This document shows, in pieces, positions 36,166 through 46,195 of a DNA stretch of 64,000 nt. Below the pieces are notes generated by a model. The model saw nothing but the letters and a program-made list of their open reading frames with translations. It searched no databases and was not told the origin of the DNA. Every line of letters begins with the position of its first letter. Position 1 is the stretch's first letter. Position numbers and translations under genes: made by a program. Origin of the DNA: Parcubacteria group bacterium (lineage in GTDB: Bacteria > Patescibacteriota > Minisyncoccia > Moranbacterales > UBA11712); assembly GCA_041659685.1 (NCBI GenBank), contig JBAZXV010000002.1, positions 39,527-103,526 of the forward strand, written 5' to 3'.

Positions 36166-37299
36166 GTGAGTTCCAAAAAGATTTTCACGAGAAATTTTAT
36201 GTCCGATTCCCTCAAAATTTATGCGCACAAAGAACGCGGGCACATCTTCATAAATTTTTTTGAGGGAATAGAAAAATGGGAAGCTGTAGAATTACTAAAG
36301 GATGTCGTTATTCCTAAATTCCGGTTTCAAGTCAGTAGCAGGCGCGAGGAAGGGAGCTGGGGAAGCATCATATCGGTTTTTTGGAAGGGACGGAGACTTG
36401 GAGGAATCAATTTGAAAACGGGTAAATTTTCCGTTGATACGAAACAGGGTTTGAGGCAAGGTGTGGAAGAACTGCTGGCGCAACTAGGGAAATACATCCC
36501 ACTCGATGTTTCGTGGATACATTACGATTATGTCGAAATTTGCACCCGTTTTCCGCGGGAACACTTCCAAAGAGCCGTCGAGATAATGCGGGAATTTAAG
36601 GAGAAATACCGAACCACCCAGTCGATATTGCATACGAAGGAACACGATTCCATAGACGGAGTTGCCGAATGTCTAGCCAATAATATGTTGTTTTCCAATC
36701 GCGTGCTAAATCTGAAAATTTACAGATTTTACGATTATGACACGGACAAGAAGTTTCGTTTTAAGAACATACGGGGCGAATCGCTTTTGAAAAATCCTAA
36801 ATTTGAAATTCAGATAGATGAGCCAGAGACGATGGAAAATGCCCTCCGCGAAGCCGTGCCGATTATGATTGCCTTTTTCAAAGAATTAGGTTGTGAGCCG
36901 ACAGCGATGGATGAGACGGATGAAATTGACGATTATCAACTGGTTGAGCAGACGGCGGGATTTGAGAAATACGGGCAAAAGATTTTTGACAACATTTCTA
37001 GGGGAAACAAAATTTATATCCCGCATTTATACGGCTTCGATTTTACGGGAGGAAGGGAGGCGAGGAGAAACAAAATGCTTGCGCTGGTTGCGAAGAAACC
37101 GCGGACAATAAAGGAAATAAAGGAGGAATTGAATGTTTGCAGAAACACGATAAGCGCGGATTTGAAATGGCTGGAAGAGAGGAGGCTAATTGAAGTTCGC
37201 GGACGGCACGGTCTGGCGCATTATCACGCCGCAACCCTGCCGCGAGACTGGGATAACATACCCGCCCCAGCCTGCTCAAACGCAAATATCAAGTTATAA
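36166..37299 (+). CDS. Hypothetical protein with C-terminal winged-helix DNA-binding domain (possible replication initiator or regulator of the element)
   Basis: C-terminal ALVAKKPRTIKEIKEELNVCRNTISADLKWLEERRLIEV is a wHTH. Confidence 0.4.
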   Translation: MSSKKIFTRNFMSDSLKIYAHKERGHIFINFFEGIEKWEAVELLKDVVIPKFRFQVSSRREEGSWGSIISVFWKGRRLGGINLKTGKFSVDTKQGLRQGVEELLAQLGKYIPLDVSWIHYDYVEICTRFPREHFQRAVEIMREFKEKYRTTQSILHTKEHDSIDGVAECLANNMLFSNRVLNLKIYRFYDYDTDKKFRFKNIRGESLLKNPKFEIQIDEPETMENALREAVPIMIAFFKELGCEPTAMDETDEIDDYQLVEQTAGFEKYGQKIFDNISRGNKIYIPHLYGFDFTGGREARRNKMLALVAKKPRTIKEIKEELNVCRNTISADLKWLEERRLIEVRGRHGLAHYHAATLPRDWDNIPAPACSNANIKL

Positions 37300-37311
37300 C
37301 CGATTATATCA

Positions 37312-38307
37312 ATGGATGAGAAGACAAAAAATCTAGTCGAAGAATTTCTGCTCAAATCCGAAGCGAAGGGAGAAATTTCTGACTCCACGGTCGTGAAGTA
37401 TCGAAGTCTCCTTCTTTACTTTTTCAAATTGATGGGCAAAAGCATTTTCAATTTGACGGCTGGAGACTTTGATAATTTCATAGTCCAGAAGAAGAATTAC
37501 GAAGAGAAGCCTGTCCTAGCTACAACGCTTCGAAACTACGCTTTCGCTCTTCGGAAATTCGTCGCTTATCTCAAAAAAAACGGCGTGGATTTGAAAATCG
37601 GTGCAAGCGATATTGAGATTCCCAAGGATAAGCGGAAGCGCAAGCCCGTTTATCTGACCGATGAAGAGGTGCTTCGTTTCCTTGCCGCTATTTCGGAAGA
37701 CGGGACTGAATTGCGTGTAGTTCGGTTCTATACTCTTGTTCAGCTCCTGCTTGATTCGGGGTCAAGAATCAGCGAAGCATTGTCCGTAAAGGTAAAAGAC
37801 ATTGACTGGGAGAAGCGGACGGTGGATATTGTCGGCAAGAATGACAAGGAGAGGACGCTTATGTTTGGAAGCGAAGCTGAACAATGGCTCAAACGATATT
37901 TGGCGAGGCGCAAGAGCGATAACGAGTATCTGTTCACTACGATAGACGGCAAGAGGCAATGGAAGAAGTTTGAGATTGATGACCTCTTTCGACGATACGC
38001 CAAGAAGGCTGGGATAACCAAGCAAACGACCGCCCACGCTATGCGCAGGACTTGTGCCACGCGGATGTTGCGCAGGGGTCTTAAAATCAACGATGTTTCA
38101 TATCTGCTGGGACACGCAGATTCGCAGACCACTCTAAAGTATTATATCGGCGTTCCCACTACAGACGAGTTGCGCGAGAAGATAACCGACGACTACTACA
38201 AGTTCGCTCCCGAATCGGAACTGAAAAGGCTCGGCTTTCAAAACAAGGCTGGTTTAGCTGGTGCGGGCGACGCTAATGATGATTTGCCCCATTGTCCCAA
38301 ATGGTAG
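37312..38307 (+). CDS. Tyrosine recombinase / integrase
   Basis: SRISEALSVKVKDI (box I) and HAMRRTCATRMLRRGLKINDVSYLLGHADSQTTLKYY (box II with catalytic Tyr). Confidence 0.8.
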   Translation: MDEKTKNLVEEFLLKSEAKGEISDSTVVKYRSLLLYFFKLMGKSIFNLTAGDFDNFIVQKKNYEEKPVLATTLRNYAFALRKFVAYLKKNGVDLKIGASDIEIPKDKRKRKPVYLTDEEVLRFLAAISEDGTELRVVRFYTLVQLLLDSGSRISEALSVKVKDIDWEKRTVDIVGKNDKERTLMFGSEAEQWLKRYLARRKSDNEYLFTTIDGKRQWKKFEIDDLFRRYAKKAGITKQTTAHAMRRTCATRMLRRGLKINDVSYLLGHADSQTTLKYYIGVPTTDELREKITDDYYKFAPESELKRLGFQNKAGLAGAGDANDDLPHCPKW

Positions 38308-38326
38308 CGTCGCCCGCGCCAGCTAA
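38254..38326. repeat. 22-bp near-perfect inverted repeat (TTAGCTGGTGCGGGCGACGCTA / TAGCGTCGCCCGCGCCAGCTAA) forming a long hairpin across the integrase stop codon
   Basis: One mismatch in 22 bp, 29-nt loop. Candidate terminator or att/recombination site. Confidence 0.5.
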
Positions 38327-38810
38327 ATGGTATAGCATCACTAAATAAATGAAATCAATCGAACGAAAATTTAAGGAGATTAAGGGAAAGAAGCCGTGGC
38401 TAAGTTCGCATAGTCATTTCGTCGAGGCGATAACGGGCAAGAGATTCAGCTCAAAGACAATGCGGATTTGGTTTTATAAACTTGTCGAAAAAGACGACTA
38501 CGACAAAAGCAACAAAAAAGAGGTGTTGGAATATCTGGAGTCGCGATTGAAACCTTTGAGGACGGAAAAAAACAGGGGGTAAAGGGGTCTAGGAGACGCG
38601 AAAAAAACGAAGACGGTGTATTTTGCATTCCAGGGAGATATGAAACGCTGGGCGCGAGAATAAAAAAATTGACAACTCGAAAATTTTTTGCTAGACTTCT
38701 TTTAGAAAGTGATGATATTTCCCAAAGATAATCAATTTTTTGCAATCGAGATTCGGTAAGTCGACTTGTCCACAATTCAAATTTTTGGCTTGTCCTAAGT
38801 CCGCCCCACT

Positions 38811-38946
38811 CACCTCCTTTCTAGGGAGATACGGTGAAAGAGTTGATGTTCAGCATCAACTTCTCAATCCTAAATGGTCGTTCGTTAGCCTTCGGGCTGA
38901 TGGATAAAATAGACTCAAAAGCATCAGGACAACCGCAAAAGTTTGC
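38811..38946 (+). repeat. R1 element copy b (hairpins AGTTGATG-TTCAG-CATCAACT, AGCC-TTCG-GGCT, CTGATG...CATCAG)
   Basis: Same conserved 5' (CACCTCCTTTCTAGGGAGATACGGTG) and 3' (GACAACCGCAAAAGTTTGC) ends as the other copies. Confidence 0.6.
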
Positions 38947-39074
38947 GAATAAAATTATGAAAGCATCAATTTGCCAAAAACACATGCATCAAATCAATCC
39001 TTCTTTCAAGGTTGGTTTTTGATGTGACTTTTTTGCATAGACACTAAAGACGAGCCCTGAAACGGGCTCGTCTT

Positions 39075-39971
39075 TTGAATTTCAACATTCTGGAGGAAAG
39101 AAAAATGAGTTCTTTGCAAAAATTTGTTTTGGGAATCCCGAATCCCGGCAGCAGCCTTTTTGATTCAACAGTTCAGCTGTTTAATAAAATTGGCGTGCAA
39201 GTTGCCTATAACGGGCGGGCCTTCGAGGGAGAGATTGAGGGCGTTGATATATTCGGTAAGGCATGTTTGATGCGCCCTCAGGATATTCCCAATGCTATCT
39301 CGAAAGGCACCCTCGATTGTGGCATCTGCGGGTGGGATTGTGTTGTGGAGAGCGGCTTAGAAAATAAGCTTGTGAAGATTTCTGAGCTGAATTACGGCAA
39401 GAAATTGACAAAACCTGTGAGGATTGTGGCTTTTTCAAGAAAATTCTCAACCCTTAAAGAAAATGAGAGTATTACCGTCACCACCGAATACCCCAACATT
39501 ACGAGGGCGGCTTTCAAAAACATTCCTCAGGAAAACATTGATTTTTCCTACGGGACTACGGAGGCAAAGGTTGCAGCAGGAATGTATGATTATGGGGTCT
39601 GCGTGACCGAAGGGGGGAAAAGCCTAATTGATAACAACCTGCAAATTGTTCGGGTGCTCTTGGTTTCACCGACCGTGTTCATGGCAAAACTCGAAGCACC
39701 GGAACTGGAAAGTTTCGGGAAGATGTTGGAAGGGGCATTGCTTGCGAAAAAATTACAACTCATCACAATGAATGCCGATGCAAGCGTGAAGGATGAGATA
39801 CTTTCGATTCTTCCCGCGCTAAAATCCCCAACGGTCAGCAGGTTGGAGGATGGGGGGTACAGCATTTCGACCGTAGTCGAAACTAAGGATGTGGCAAATC
39901 TCTTGCTCAAACTGAGACAGCTCGGAGCAGCGGGTATTATCGGAACTGATATCAACTTCGCTATCAAATGA
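39075..39971 (+). CDS. hisG: ATP phosphoribosyltransferase, long form (HisG)
   Basis: KFVLGIPNPGSSLFDSTVQLFNKIG and LMRPQDIPNAISKGTLDCGICGWDCVVESG match the HisG R..DIP..V..G..D.GI.G.D...E block. C-terminal regulatory domain present. Confidence 0.7.
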   Translation: MNFNILEERKMSSLQKFVLGIPNPGSSLFDSTVQLFNKIGVQVAYNGRAFEGEIEGVDIFGKACLMRPQDIPNAISKGTLDCGICGWDCVVESGLENKLVKISELNYGKKLTKPVRIVAFSRKFSTLKENESITVTTEYPNITRAAFKNIPQENIDFSYGTTEAKVAAGMYDYGVCVTEGGKSLIDNNLQIVRVLLVSPTVFMAKLEAPELESFGKMLEGALLAKKLQLITMNADASVKDEILSILPALKSPTVSRLEDGGYSISTVVETKDVANLLLKLRQLGAAGIIGTDINFAIK

Positions 39972-39984
39972 TTTATCACTAGAA

Positions 39985-40416
39985 TTGCCTGATGCCGTTC
40001 GCTTCCAAAAAATGGGAGATAAACCAATGAAATGTGAGAAGTGTGTGTCGAGGTGCGCATGGTGCAAAAAACCAATATGTGACAGGTGCAATTTTACTTC
40101 ACAGAGTTATCTATCGGAAAGGTACAGGAAATGGAGGGAAGTCAAAAAAATAGGGATAATAATTCTTCGTGAATACGAGGAAGAAACACGTTTCATCGGA
40201 TTTTGTTCTTTGCTCCTCGGGGATTTTGCCAGGCGGAATAACCTAATTGTGGAATGCAGAGTGAGAGATTCTCCGTTCCGCAATCAAAGAGTTCTTTATC
40301 TTCACTTAGAAGAGGGAGGTACGTGCCATACCTTAGAAATTTCCAAGAAAAAGAAAATAATTTCTTTCAGCTGGCATTTTCCCATCGAGATCCTTAGGAA
40401 TGTCGATGCCAGATAG
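39985..40416 (+). CDS. Hypothetical Cys-rich protein
   Basis: N-terminal CEKCVSRCAWCKKPICDRC cluster. Confidence 0.3.
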   Translation: MPDAVRFQKMGDKPMKCEKCVSRCAWCKKPICDRCNFTSQSYLSERYRKWREVKKIGIIILREYEEETRFIGFCSLLLGDFARRNNLIVECRVRDSPFRNQRVLYLHLEEGGTCHTLEISKKKKIISFSWHFPIEILRNVDAR

Positions 40417-40500
40417 GCCGGTTTGAAATCGGCAAGCCAGCCGCAGAACAGCCCGAAGCATTGCTCCGGGCTCTTACTTTTTGTTTGAATTCAGCCGCGG

Positions 40501-41157
40501 ATGCTATACAATGCTAATATGATCTATCTAATAGGCGGGCCGCCCAAATGCGGCAAAACAACACTGGCGAAAAAATTGTCCAAACATCTGGAAGTGCAAT
40601 GGATCTCAGCGGACACCTTGCAATCCATAGCTTTTGCATACACTGTGAAAAAAGATGTGCCAAAAAAGTTTCCATGGCGAGTCGCGAGGAAAAAGGCGGG
40701 CAGAGGCAATGACCTGGCATTCTCTGCATATTCTTCTGCTCAAATTGTCAGGAAGTACCGATCGCAAGCCAAAGCAACATGGCCAGCAATTGATATGGTT
40801 GCGGCATCGGAAATAAATGATAGGAATGACTATATAATCGAGGGTTATCAAGTCGAGCCCAGGCTGGCGGACAAGCTTACGAAGAAATACGGAAAGAAAA
40901 ACATTCGGACGATTTTTCTGATTCGAACCGACAAACAAACTTTATTAAAAGATATCAAGAAAAGCACAACACTGAATGATTGGATAAAGTCCAGGACGAA
41001 AAACGAGGAAACTTTTGGAAAAATAGCAGAGATGATATCCAGGTACGGCTTGGAGATCGGGAGGGAGACAAAAAAATATAAGATCCCGGCTTTAAACATG
41101 GATAAGAATTTTGAGGGACAAATAAGGGAAGTAATAAAATTCTTAAAACAGAATTAA
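40501..41157 (+). CDS. P-loop NTPase / small-molecule kinase-like protein
   Basis: Walker A IGGPPKCGKTTLAKKL. Confidence 0.5.
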   Translation: MLYNANMIYLIGGPPKCGKTTLAKKLSKHLEVQWISADTLQSIAFAYTVKKDVPKKFPWRVARKKAGRGNDLAFSAYSSAQIVRKYRSQAKATWPAIDMVAASEINDRNDYIIEGYQVEPRLADKLTKKYGKKNIRTIFLIRTDKQTLLKDIKKSTTLNDWIKSRTKNEETFGKIAEMISRYGLEIGRETKKYKIPALNMDKNFEGQIREVIKFLKQN

Positions 41158-41357
41158 TCGCAAAAACTTGCGATACTTTAGATAGCTGAAATAGGGATAA
41201 AACCCTGTTTCAGCGTTATCACCCAGGAGATGATTCATTTCAAGGGAGATTTTTGGAGTCCGCTTCGCTTGACTTCAGATTCGCTTGTTGATAGCATTTA
41301 ATGAGGCTAAAAAGGGGGATTCAGTCCCTTACAAACTAAAAGAAAAGGGGGCATATT

Positions 41358-41837
41358 ATGCCTGAAAAGCCAAATTATGACGTGTCAATTTACGGTGGTC
41401 GTCTTTTGACCTTAGATACAGTTGTCCCAGAGAAATATGTCTGGGAATTTATGAAGGAATTTGGGGAAGCTTGGGAAGTTGAAAAACAGGGGCTTCCTTT
41501 CAAATCCGTGGATGGCTATTATAAGCATCCTAATGGTTGGCACGTCCAGGTGAAAATTGGCGACATAGATGAAGAAAAGTTTTATAATTTCATCCGTGGA
41601 TTCTGTCAACAAAGAGGTCTTTCATTCCGTGAACCGACCAGATACCTTCTCGGTTTCTTGCGGACTTTGCGGCAGCTGGAGGAAAGAGCCAACAAGACCC
41701 CCGCACCAGACCTGCTGGATATTTTGCCGCCTAAGGATGAAATTGAGCGGCTTCTGCAAATCGCTCAACATCTAAATTTCCTCTACCTAAACCATCAGGG
41801 GTTCCAAATTACCGAAAAATACCAGAAGAAGGTTTAA
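41358..41837 (+). CDS. Hypothetical protein
   Basis: 159-aa ORF preceded by GGGGG Shine-Dalgarno-like sequence. Confidence 0.4.
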   Translation: MPEKPNYDVSIYGGRLLTLDTVVPEKYVWEFMKEFGEAWEVEKQGLPFKSVDGYYKHPNGWHVQVKIGDIDEEKFYNFIRGFCQQRGLSFREPTRYLLGFLRTLRQLEERANKTPAPDLLDILPPKDEIERLLQIAQHLNFLYLNHQGFQITEKYQKKV

Positions 41838-42132
41838 GGGGGGAGAATGGCAGCCTACACTGCGTGCATCAGTTATGGGCAGAGAAAAAGTCTGCTTTTT
41901 CCCTTGTGTGGTGCGAAGTCCTTCAGTGCTCGCTGTGCGACTGATGAAGAAGCCATTAGAACATTTCGAAGTATTGCCATCAAAGATTTCTTTTGCATGT
42001 TTCACAAAATCACGGTTGCAATACACCAGGGTCAGCGGTTTGTATTTGAAGGCTGCGTACAACCACTTTAACTTTCCAGGGCAACTGCCCAGCCAGGCTT
42101 TCACGAGTCTGGCTTTTTTCTTTCCAGATTTT

Positions 42133-42261
42133 TTTCTAGGGAGATACGGTTGAGAGCTCCGACTTATCGGAGTAAGAACCCATACAGTCGTTAGACTTCT
42201 TGGCAGCCCGCCTGCGCTCTTCTGAGCTACGGCGAGGCGAAGGACAACCGCAAAAGTTTGC
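42133..42261 (+). repeat. R1 element copy c (hairpin CTCCGA-CTTA-TCGGAG); left direct repeat of the Fic cassette
   Basis: About 111 bp near-identical to copy d at 44238-44350. Confidence 0.65.
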
Positions 42262-42296
42262 GGGTATTTTAATAGCAAGAGCACCTTCTTTACTGG

Positions 42297-42854
42297 GTGT
42301 TTTTCTGTTATTATTTCGATATGAACAAAATATATTTCATCAGTGGTGTTTGCGGCGTCGGGAAATCAACTATAATGCCTTATCTAAAATTATCGCTTCC
42401 TCAGAGTGAGTACAGGGTCTTCGATTTCGATGAAAGAGGCGTTCCTGAAAATGCCGACCGCAACTGGAGGATTTCTGAATCAAAACATTGGATTGAGGAA
42501 GGGAATAAATTGTTGCAAGAAAATATAAACACTGTTATTTGCGGCTTCATAAAACCTGATGACCTTCCGAATTCATCAGATGAAAAATCAGCTGAAATCA
42601 GACTGATTCTTTTGAATGCGGAACCAGAAATAATCCGCCAAAGACTTATAAAGCGATATACCAAAAACAATGTTTTTGACGAATCGCAAAAAGTAATCGG
42701 CAAACCAGTTAATGAGTTTATTGAGAGCAATGTTTATTTTTCCACGAATATGAGAGATATTTTCAAAGAACGAGGCTGTCTGATAGTGGATACTTCAAAT
42801 CTAACGCCCGAGGAAGTGGCAAGAGAAGTGGTAAATATTATCTTAAAAGACTGA
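42297..42854 (+). CDS. P-loop kinase-like ATPase (AAA_33/zeta-toxin-like fold), first gene of the Fic cassette
   Basis: Walker A ISGVCGVGKSTIMPYL. Confidence 0.5.
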   Translation: MFFCYYFDMNKIYFISGVCGVGKSTIMPYLKLSLPQSEYRVFDFDERGVPENADRNWRISESKHWIEEGNKLLQENINTVICGFIKPDDLPNSSDEKSAEIRLILLNAEPEIIRQRLIKRYTKNNVFDESQKVIGKPVNEFIESNVYFSTNMRDIFKERGCLIVDTSNLTPEEVAREVVNIILKD

Positions 42855-42888
42855 CTGCAAAAGTTTATAATAATCTTGCGCTTGCCGG

Positions 42889-42945
42889 TTTGTATACATC
42901 TGTTGACATAATGTATACAAACTACTATACTTTGTATACATTATT
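42889..42945 (+). promoter_or_regulatory. Three TTGTATACA palindromic repeats upstream of the fic start codon; candidate operator
   Basis: GTTTGTATACATCTGTTGACATAATGTATACAAACTACTATACTTTGTATACATTA. A TTGACA -35-like hexamer is embedded. Confidence 0.45.
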
Positions 42946-42964
42946 AATTGAATGTAAACAAACT

Positions 42965-44107
42965 ATGAAAAACATCAAAATTGGCTCGTATATAGCTCAA
43001 AAGGAAGGTTTTAAGGCTTTTACCCCCAATCCATTCCCTCCAAAGGGCGGCTTTGATTTTGAACCGAAAATTTCGAAAAAAAATGATGAAGCGACCCGAC
43101 TATTGGGAAAGCTGGATGGAATTACAAAACTGCTGCCTGATTCCGATTTCTTCCTTTTGATGTATCTGCGAAAAGATGCCGCATCTTCAAGTCAAATTGA
43201 AGGGACAAGGGCGTCTATGATAGACGCAATTGCCGCAGAAGCGGATATAGATACGAATATGCCAGAGGATGTAGACGACATATTGCATTACATCAAAGCT
43301 CTTAATTATGGAATGAAGCGGGTAACTGATGATAATTTTCCTATGACTTTGCGGTTTATTCGTGAGCTTCACAGACAGTTGATGCATAAAGCACGCTCAA
43401 CTCATTTTTCCGACCCTGGAGAATTTCGTAAAAGTCAAAATTGGATTGGCGGCACTCGTCCAGATAATGCTCGTTTTGTTCCGCCGTCTATCATTGATAT
43501 GCAAAAAGCTCTCGGTGATTTGGAAAAATTTATTCATACCGAGGATAATATCCCGACTGTGATCAAAGCAGGAATTATTCACGCCCAATTCGAGACTGTC
43601 CATCCTTTTTTGGATGGAAACGGCAGAACTGGCAGGATGCTAATTACTTTTTATCTTTGGAAAGAGGGATATCTGGAGAAGCCAGTGTTGTTTTTGTCTT
43701 CCTTTTTCAAAAAACACCAAAAACTTTATTACGAAAAACTTTTCGGCTACCACAACGGAAATATTTTCGAGTGGATAGATTTTTTTCTTGACGGTGTTAT
43801 TGAAATTGCCAATGAAGCCATAGATATCGTGGGAAAAATTACCATCCTGCGTCAAAAAGATATAATGAAAATCCAAAAATTGGGCAAGCGATCTTCTGAA
43901 AGCGGAGCCGTTGTTTTGCCGAAATTATACGGTCAGCCGATTGTGAATGCCAATGTTATCCAAAAGTGGACTGGATTTACTCGTGCTGGGGCGCAAACTG
44001 TAATCGACAGATTTATCAAAATGGGAATCCTGGTTCCTAAGGATAAAGACAAAAAATACGGACAGGCGTATATTTACAAGGAATATGTGGATATATTTAA
44101 CGAATAG
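42965..44107 (+). CDS. fic: Fic/Doc-family protein (AMPylation toxin family) with C-terminal winged-helix
   Basis: Canonical Fic motif VHPFLDGNGRTGR. The ORF track gives 42890 as the start. The ATG at 42965 (MKNIKIG) lies downstream of the operator repeats and is preferred. Confidence 0.8.
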   Translation: MKNIKIGSYIAQKEGFKAFTPNPFPPKGGFDFEPKISKKNDEATRLLGKLDGITKLLPDSDFFLLMYLRKDAASSSQIEGTRASMIDAIAAEADIDTNMPEDVDDILHYIKALNYGMKRVTDDNFPMTLRFIRELHRQLMHKARSTHFSDPGEFRKSQNWIGGTRPDNARFVPPSIIDMQKALGDLEKFIHTEDNIPTVIKAGIIHAQFETVHPFLDGNGRTGRMLITFYLWKEGYLEKPVLFLSSFFKKHQKLYYEKLFGYHNGNIFEWIDFFLDGVIEIANEAIDIVGKITILRQKDIMKIQKLGKRSSESGAVVLPKLYGQPIVNANVIQKWTGFTRAGAQTVIDRFIKMGILVPKDKDKKYGQAYIYKEYVDIFNE

Positions 44108-44183
44108 GAGGAGATTGAAAAATAAAATCAACACGACATCCTCGATCCTCCATGAATCACCTCCCTGCACAAGGCAGGTAAAC

Positions 44184-44350
44184 TTTCTGGGGAGATCTTT
44201 ATCCCGTAGTAAAGCATCAGCTTTTACTGCTGGGATAGTTGAGAGCTCCGATCTATCGGAGTAAGAACCCATACAGTCGTTAGACTTCTTGGCAGCCCGC
44301 CTGCGCTCTTCTGAGCTACGGCGAGGCGAAGGACAACCGCAAAAGTTTGC
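44184..44350 (+). repeat. R1 element copy d with an extra inserted hairpin (TATCCC...GGGATA); right direct repeat of the Fic cassette
   Basis: 3' 113 bp near-identical to copy c. 5' TTTCTGGGGAGAT conserved. Confidence 0.65.
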
Positions 44351-44508
44351 TATTTCAAAGAGCACCACATCAGGTGCTTTCTGTGTTATTTGCCAAGAAG
44401 CGACCGACCAGAGGGAGATATTTAGAGTCCGCTCCGCTTGACGATAATTTTATTTATTTACGCAAAAGTATATTCGGAGTAAAATATAGTGGTAAAAACC
44501 AAAATTAA

Positions 44509-45732
44509 ATGTGCCATACTGACTTAATTCTATTCATATTTTCTTTTTCCATATTGCTTTTTGCGGCGATTGTTTTCGGTCGCTTGGCTCAAAAACTCAG
44601 AATGCCGAAAATAATAGGAGAACTCTTGGGAGGAATTGTGTTCGGGCCGACAATTTTGGGAACATTTTTTCCCGAGATTCAAACTTGGCTCTTTTCTTAT
44701 TCCGACTCGATTCTTGTTTCCAGAGATGTTCTGATAAAATTTGGTGCGATTCTGCTTCTTTTTGTAATCGGTCTGGAAGTCAATCTTTCCAAAATTAAAG
44801 AACTTAAAAAAACTATCGTTTGGACAAGCATCTTTGGTTCGGCATTTCCATTTATTTTAGGAGCAGCGTCTGTTTTTCTTTTTCCGAGAGTCTGGAATTA
44901 TATTCCTTCTGAAAACGAGTGGCTTTTGCCTTTGTTTATCGGAACTGCCCTGTCCATTTCCGCTCTTCCTGTTATTGCAAGGATTCTGATGGATTTGGGG
45001 ATACTTAAAAGCAAGGTCGGCTCAATTATCTTGGCTACCGCTACGATTGACGACATTGTCGGCTGGATTCTTTTTGCCCTCATTACTGCATATTTCGTTC
45101 CAGCGGGAGTCAGTCAGATAAATCCTCTGATAACGGTAGCTGTTGTTTTGGCGATGTTTTTCTTTGCTATTACTTATGGTAACAGATTAACCAAAAAATT
45201 TATTGCTTGGAGCGAAAAAATGGAAGACGGAGACAATATTTTTTTAGGATTAACCTTGGTTTTAGTCCTTGTTTTTTCCGCTTTGGCGGAACGAATCGGT
45301 ATTCACGCAGTTCTGGGAGCTTTTCTTGTCGGCTTGGCTTTTTCTAATTGCGAACCGCACAAAATGCACGACTCGCTTCGCAAAGTGGTGATGTCGGTTT
45401 TTTCTCCTTTGTATTTCGTTTCAGTCGGATTGGGAGTGAACCTAATCAAAAATTTCGATTTGACTTTGGCATTGATTGTCTTGGGAATTGCCATCATTGG
45501 AAAAGTTGGCGGAGTTTGGCTGGGAGCCAGAATATCCAAATTAAGCGACAGGGAATCACTGGCGATTGGATTCGGAATGAACGCCAGAGGAGCGGTGGGA
45601 ATTATTCTCGTCACCTCAGCCCATCAGGCGGGAATAATAGACGAGAGAGTGTATGTGGCTCTTTTGGTAATGGCGATATTGACCAGTCTTATCAGCGGTC
45701 CGATGATGAAAAAAATACTCCAAGGCGGGTAA
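44509..45732 (+). CDS. CPA2-family cation:proton antiporter (KefB/NapA-like Na+/H+ exchanger)
   Basis: About 12 TM helices with typical Na_H_Exchanger segments LGGIVFGPTILG, ATIDDIVGWILFALI, GMNARGAVGIIL. Confidence 0.7.
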   Translation: MCHTDLILFIFSFSILLFAAIVFGRLAQKLRMPKIIGELLGGIVFGPTILGTFFPEIQTWLFSYSDSILVSRDVLIKFGAILLLFVIGLEVNLSKIKELKKTIVWTSIFGSAFPFILGAASVFLFPRVWNYIPSENEWLLPLFIGTALSISALPVIARILMDLGILKSKVGSIILATATIDDIVGWILFALITAYFVPAGVSQINPLITVAVVLAMFFFAITYGNRLTKKFIAWSEKMEDGDNIFLGLTLVLVLVFSALAERIGIHAVLGAFLVGLAFSNCEPHKMHDSLRKVVMSVFSPLYFVSVGLGVNLIKNFDLTLALIVLGIAIIGKVGGVWLGARISKLSDRESLAIGFGMNARGAVGIILVTSAHQAGIIDERVYVALLVMAILTSLISGPMMKKILQGG

Positions 45733-45934
45733 ATTTTAATTTCACCGCAAACGCCTTAGATGGCGTTTTTGCTGTCTGCCCTGCTTCGAGTGGATTGACC
45801 TAATAATATATTCAAGATAAAATTCAATAAAGCTATCTTTCAATATCCCAGACGTTTCCCCAAGCGTCGCCAATGGGATTGATACGCTCCTCTGATTGGG
45901 AAGGCAAAGGTCGAGCTAATCAACCATCAAATCA

Positions 45935-46144
45935 ATGAAAAAAATGGAACAAGATGAAAAGGAAAACTTCGAAAAAGAAGCATCGGAGGCAGTCAAGAAA
46001 AGAATTCTTGATAATCTCTCATCTAATAGAAATTGGAGGAGCTGGGGTTCCTGGTTCAGCTGGGGCTCGCCCGTGGGACTGGGATTATTCCTAATCTCCA
46101 TCGGTATCTTCATTCTTCTTCTGCATTATTCGGGAATTTTCTAG
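45935..46144 (+). CDS. Small Trp-rich single-TM protein (69 aa)
   Basis: WRSWGSWFSWGS followed by a TM helix. A hairpin/T-run terminator follows at 46163-46195. Confidence 0.35.
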   Translation: MKKMEQDEKENFEKEASEAVKKRILDNLSSNRNWRSWGSWFSWGSPVGLGLFLISIGIFILLLHYSGIF

Positions 46145-46162
46145 ACCGAATATTTGCAGGCA

Positions 46163-46195
46163 AAAAACCGTCAGAAATGGCGGTTTTTTTGCTGT
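46163..46195 (+). terminator. Rho-independent terminator (AAAAAACCG...CGGTTTTTTT)
   Basis: Stem with A/U extension and a 7-T tail. Confidence 0.45.
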
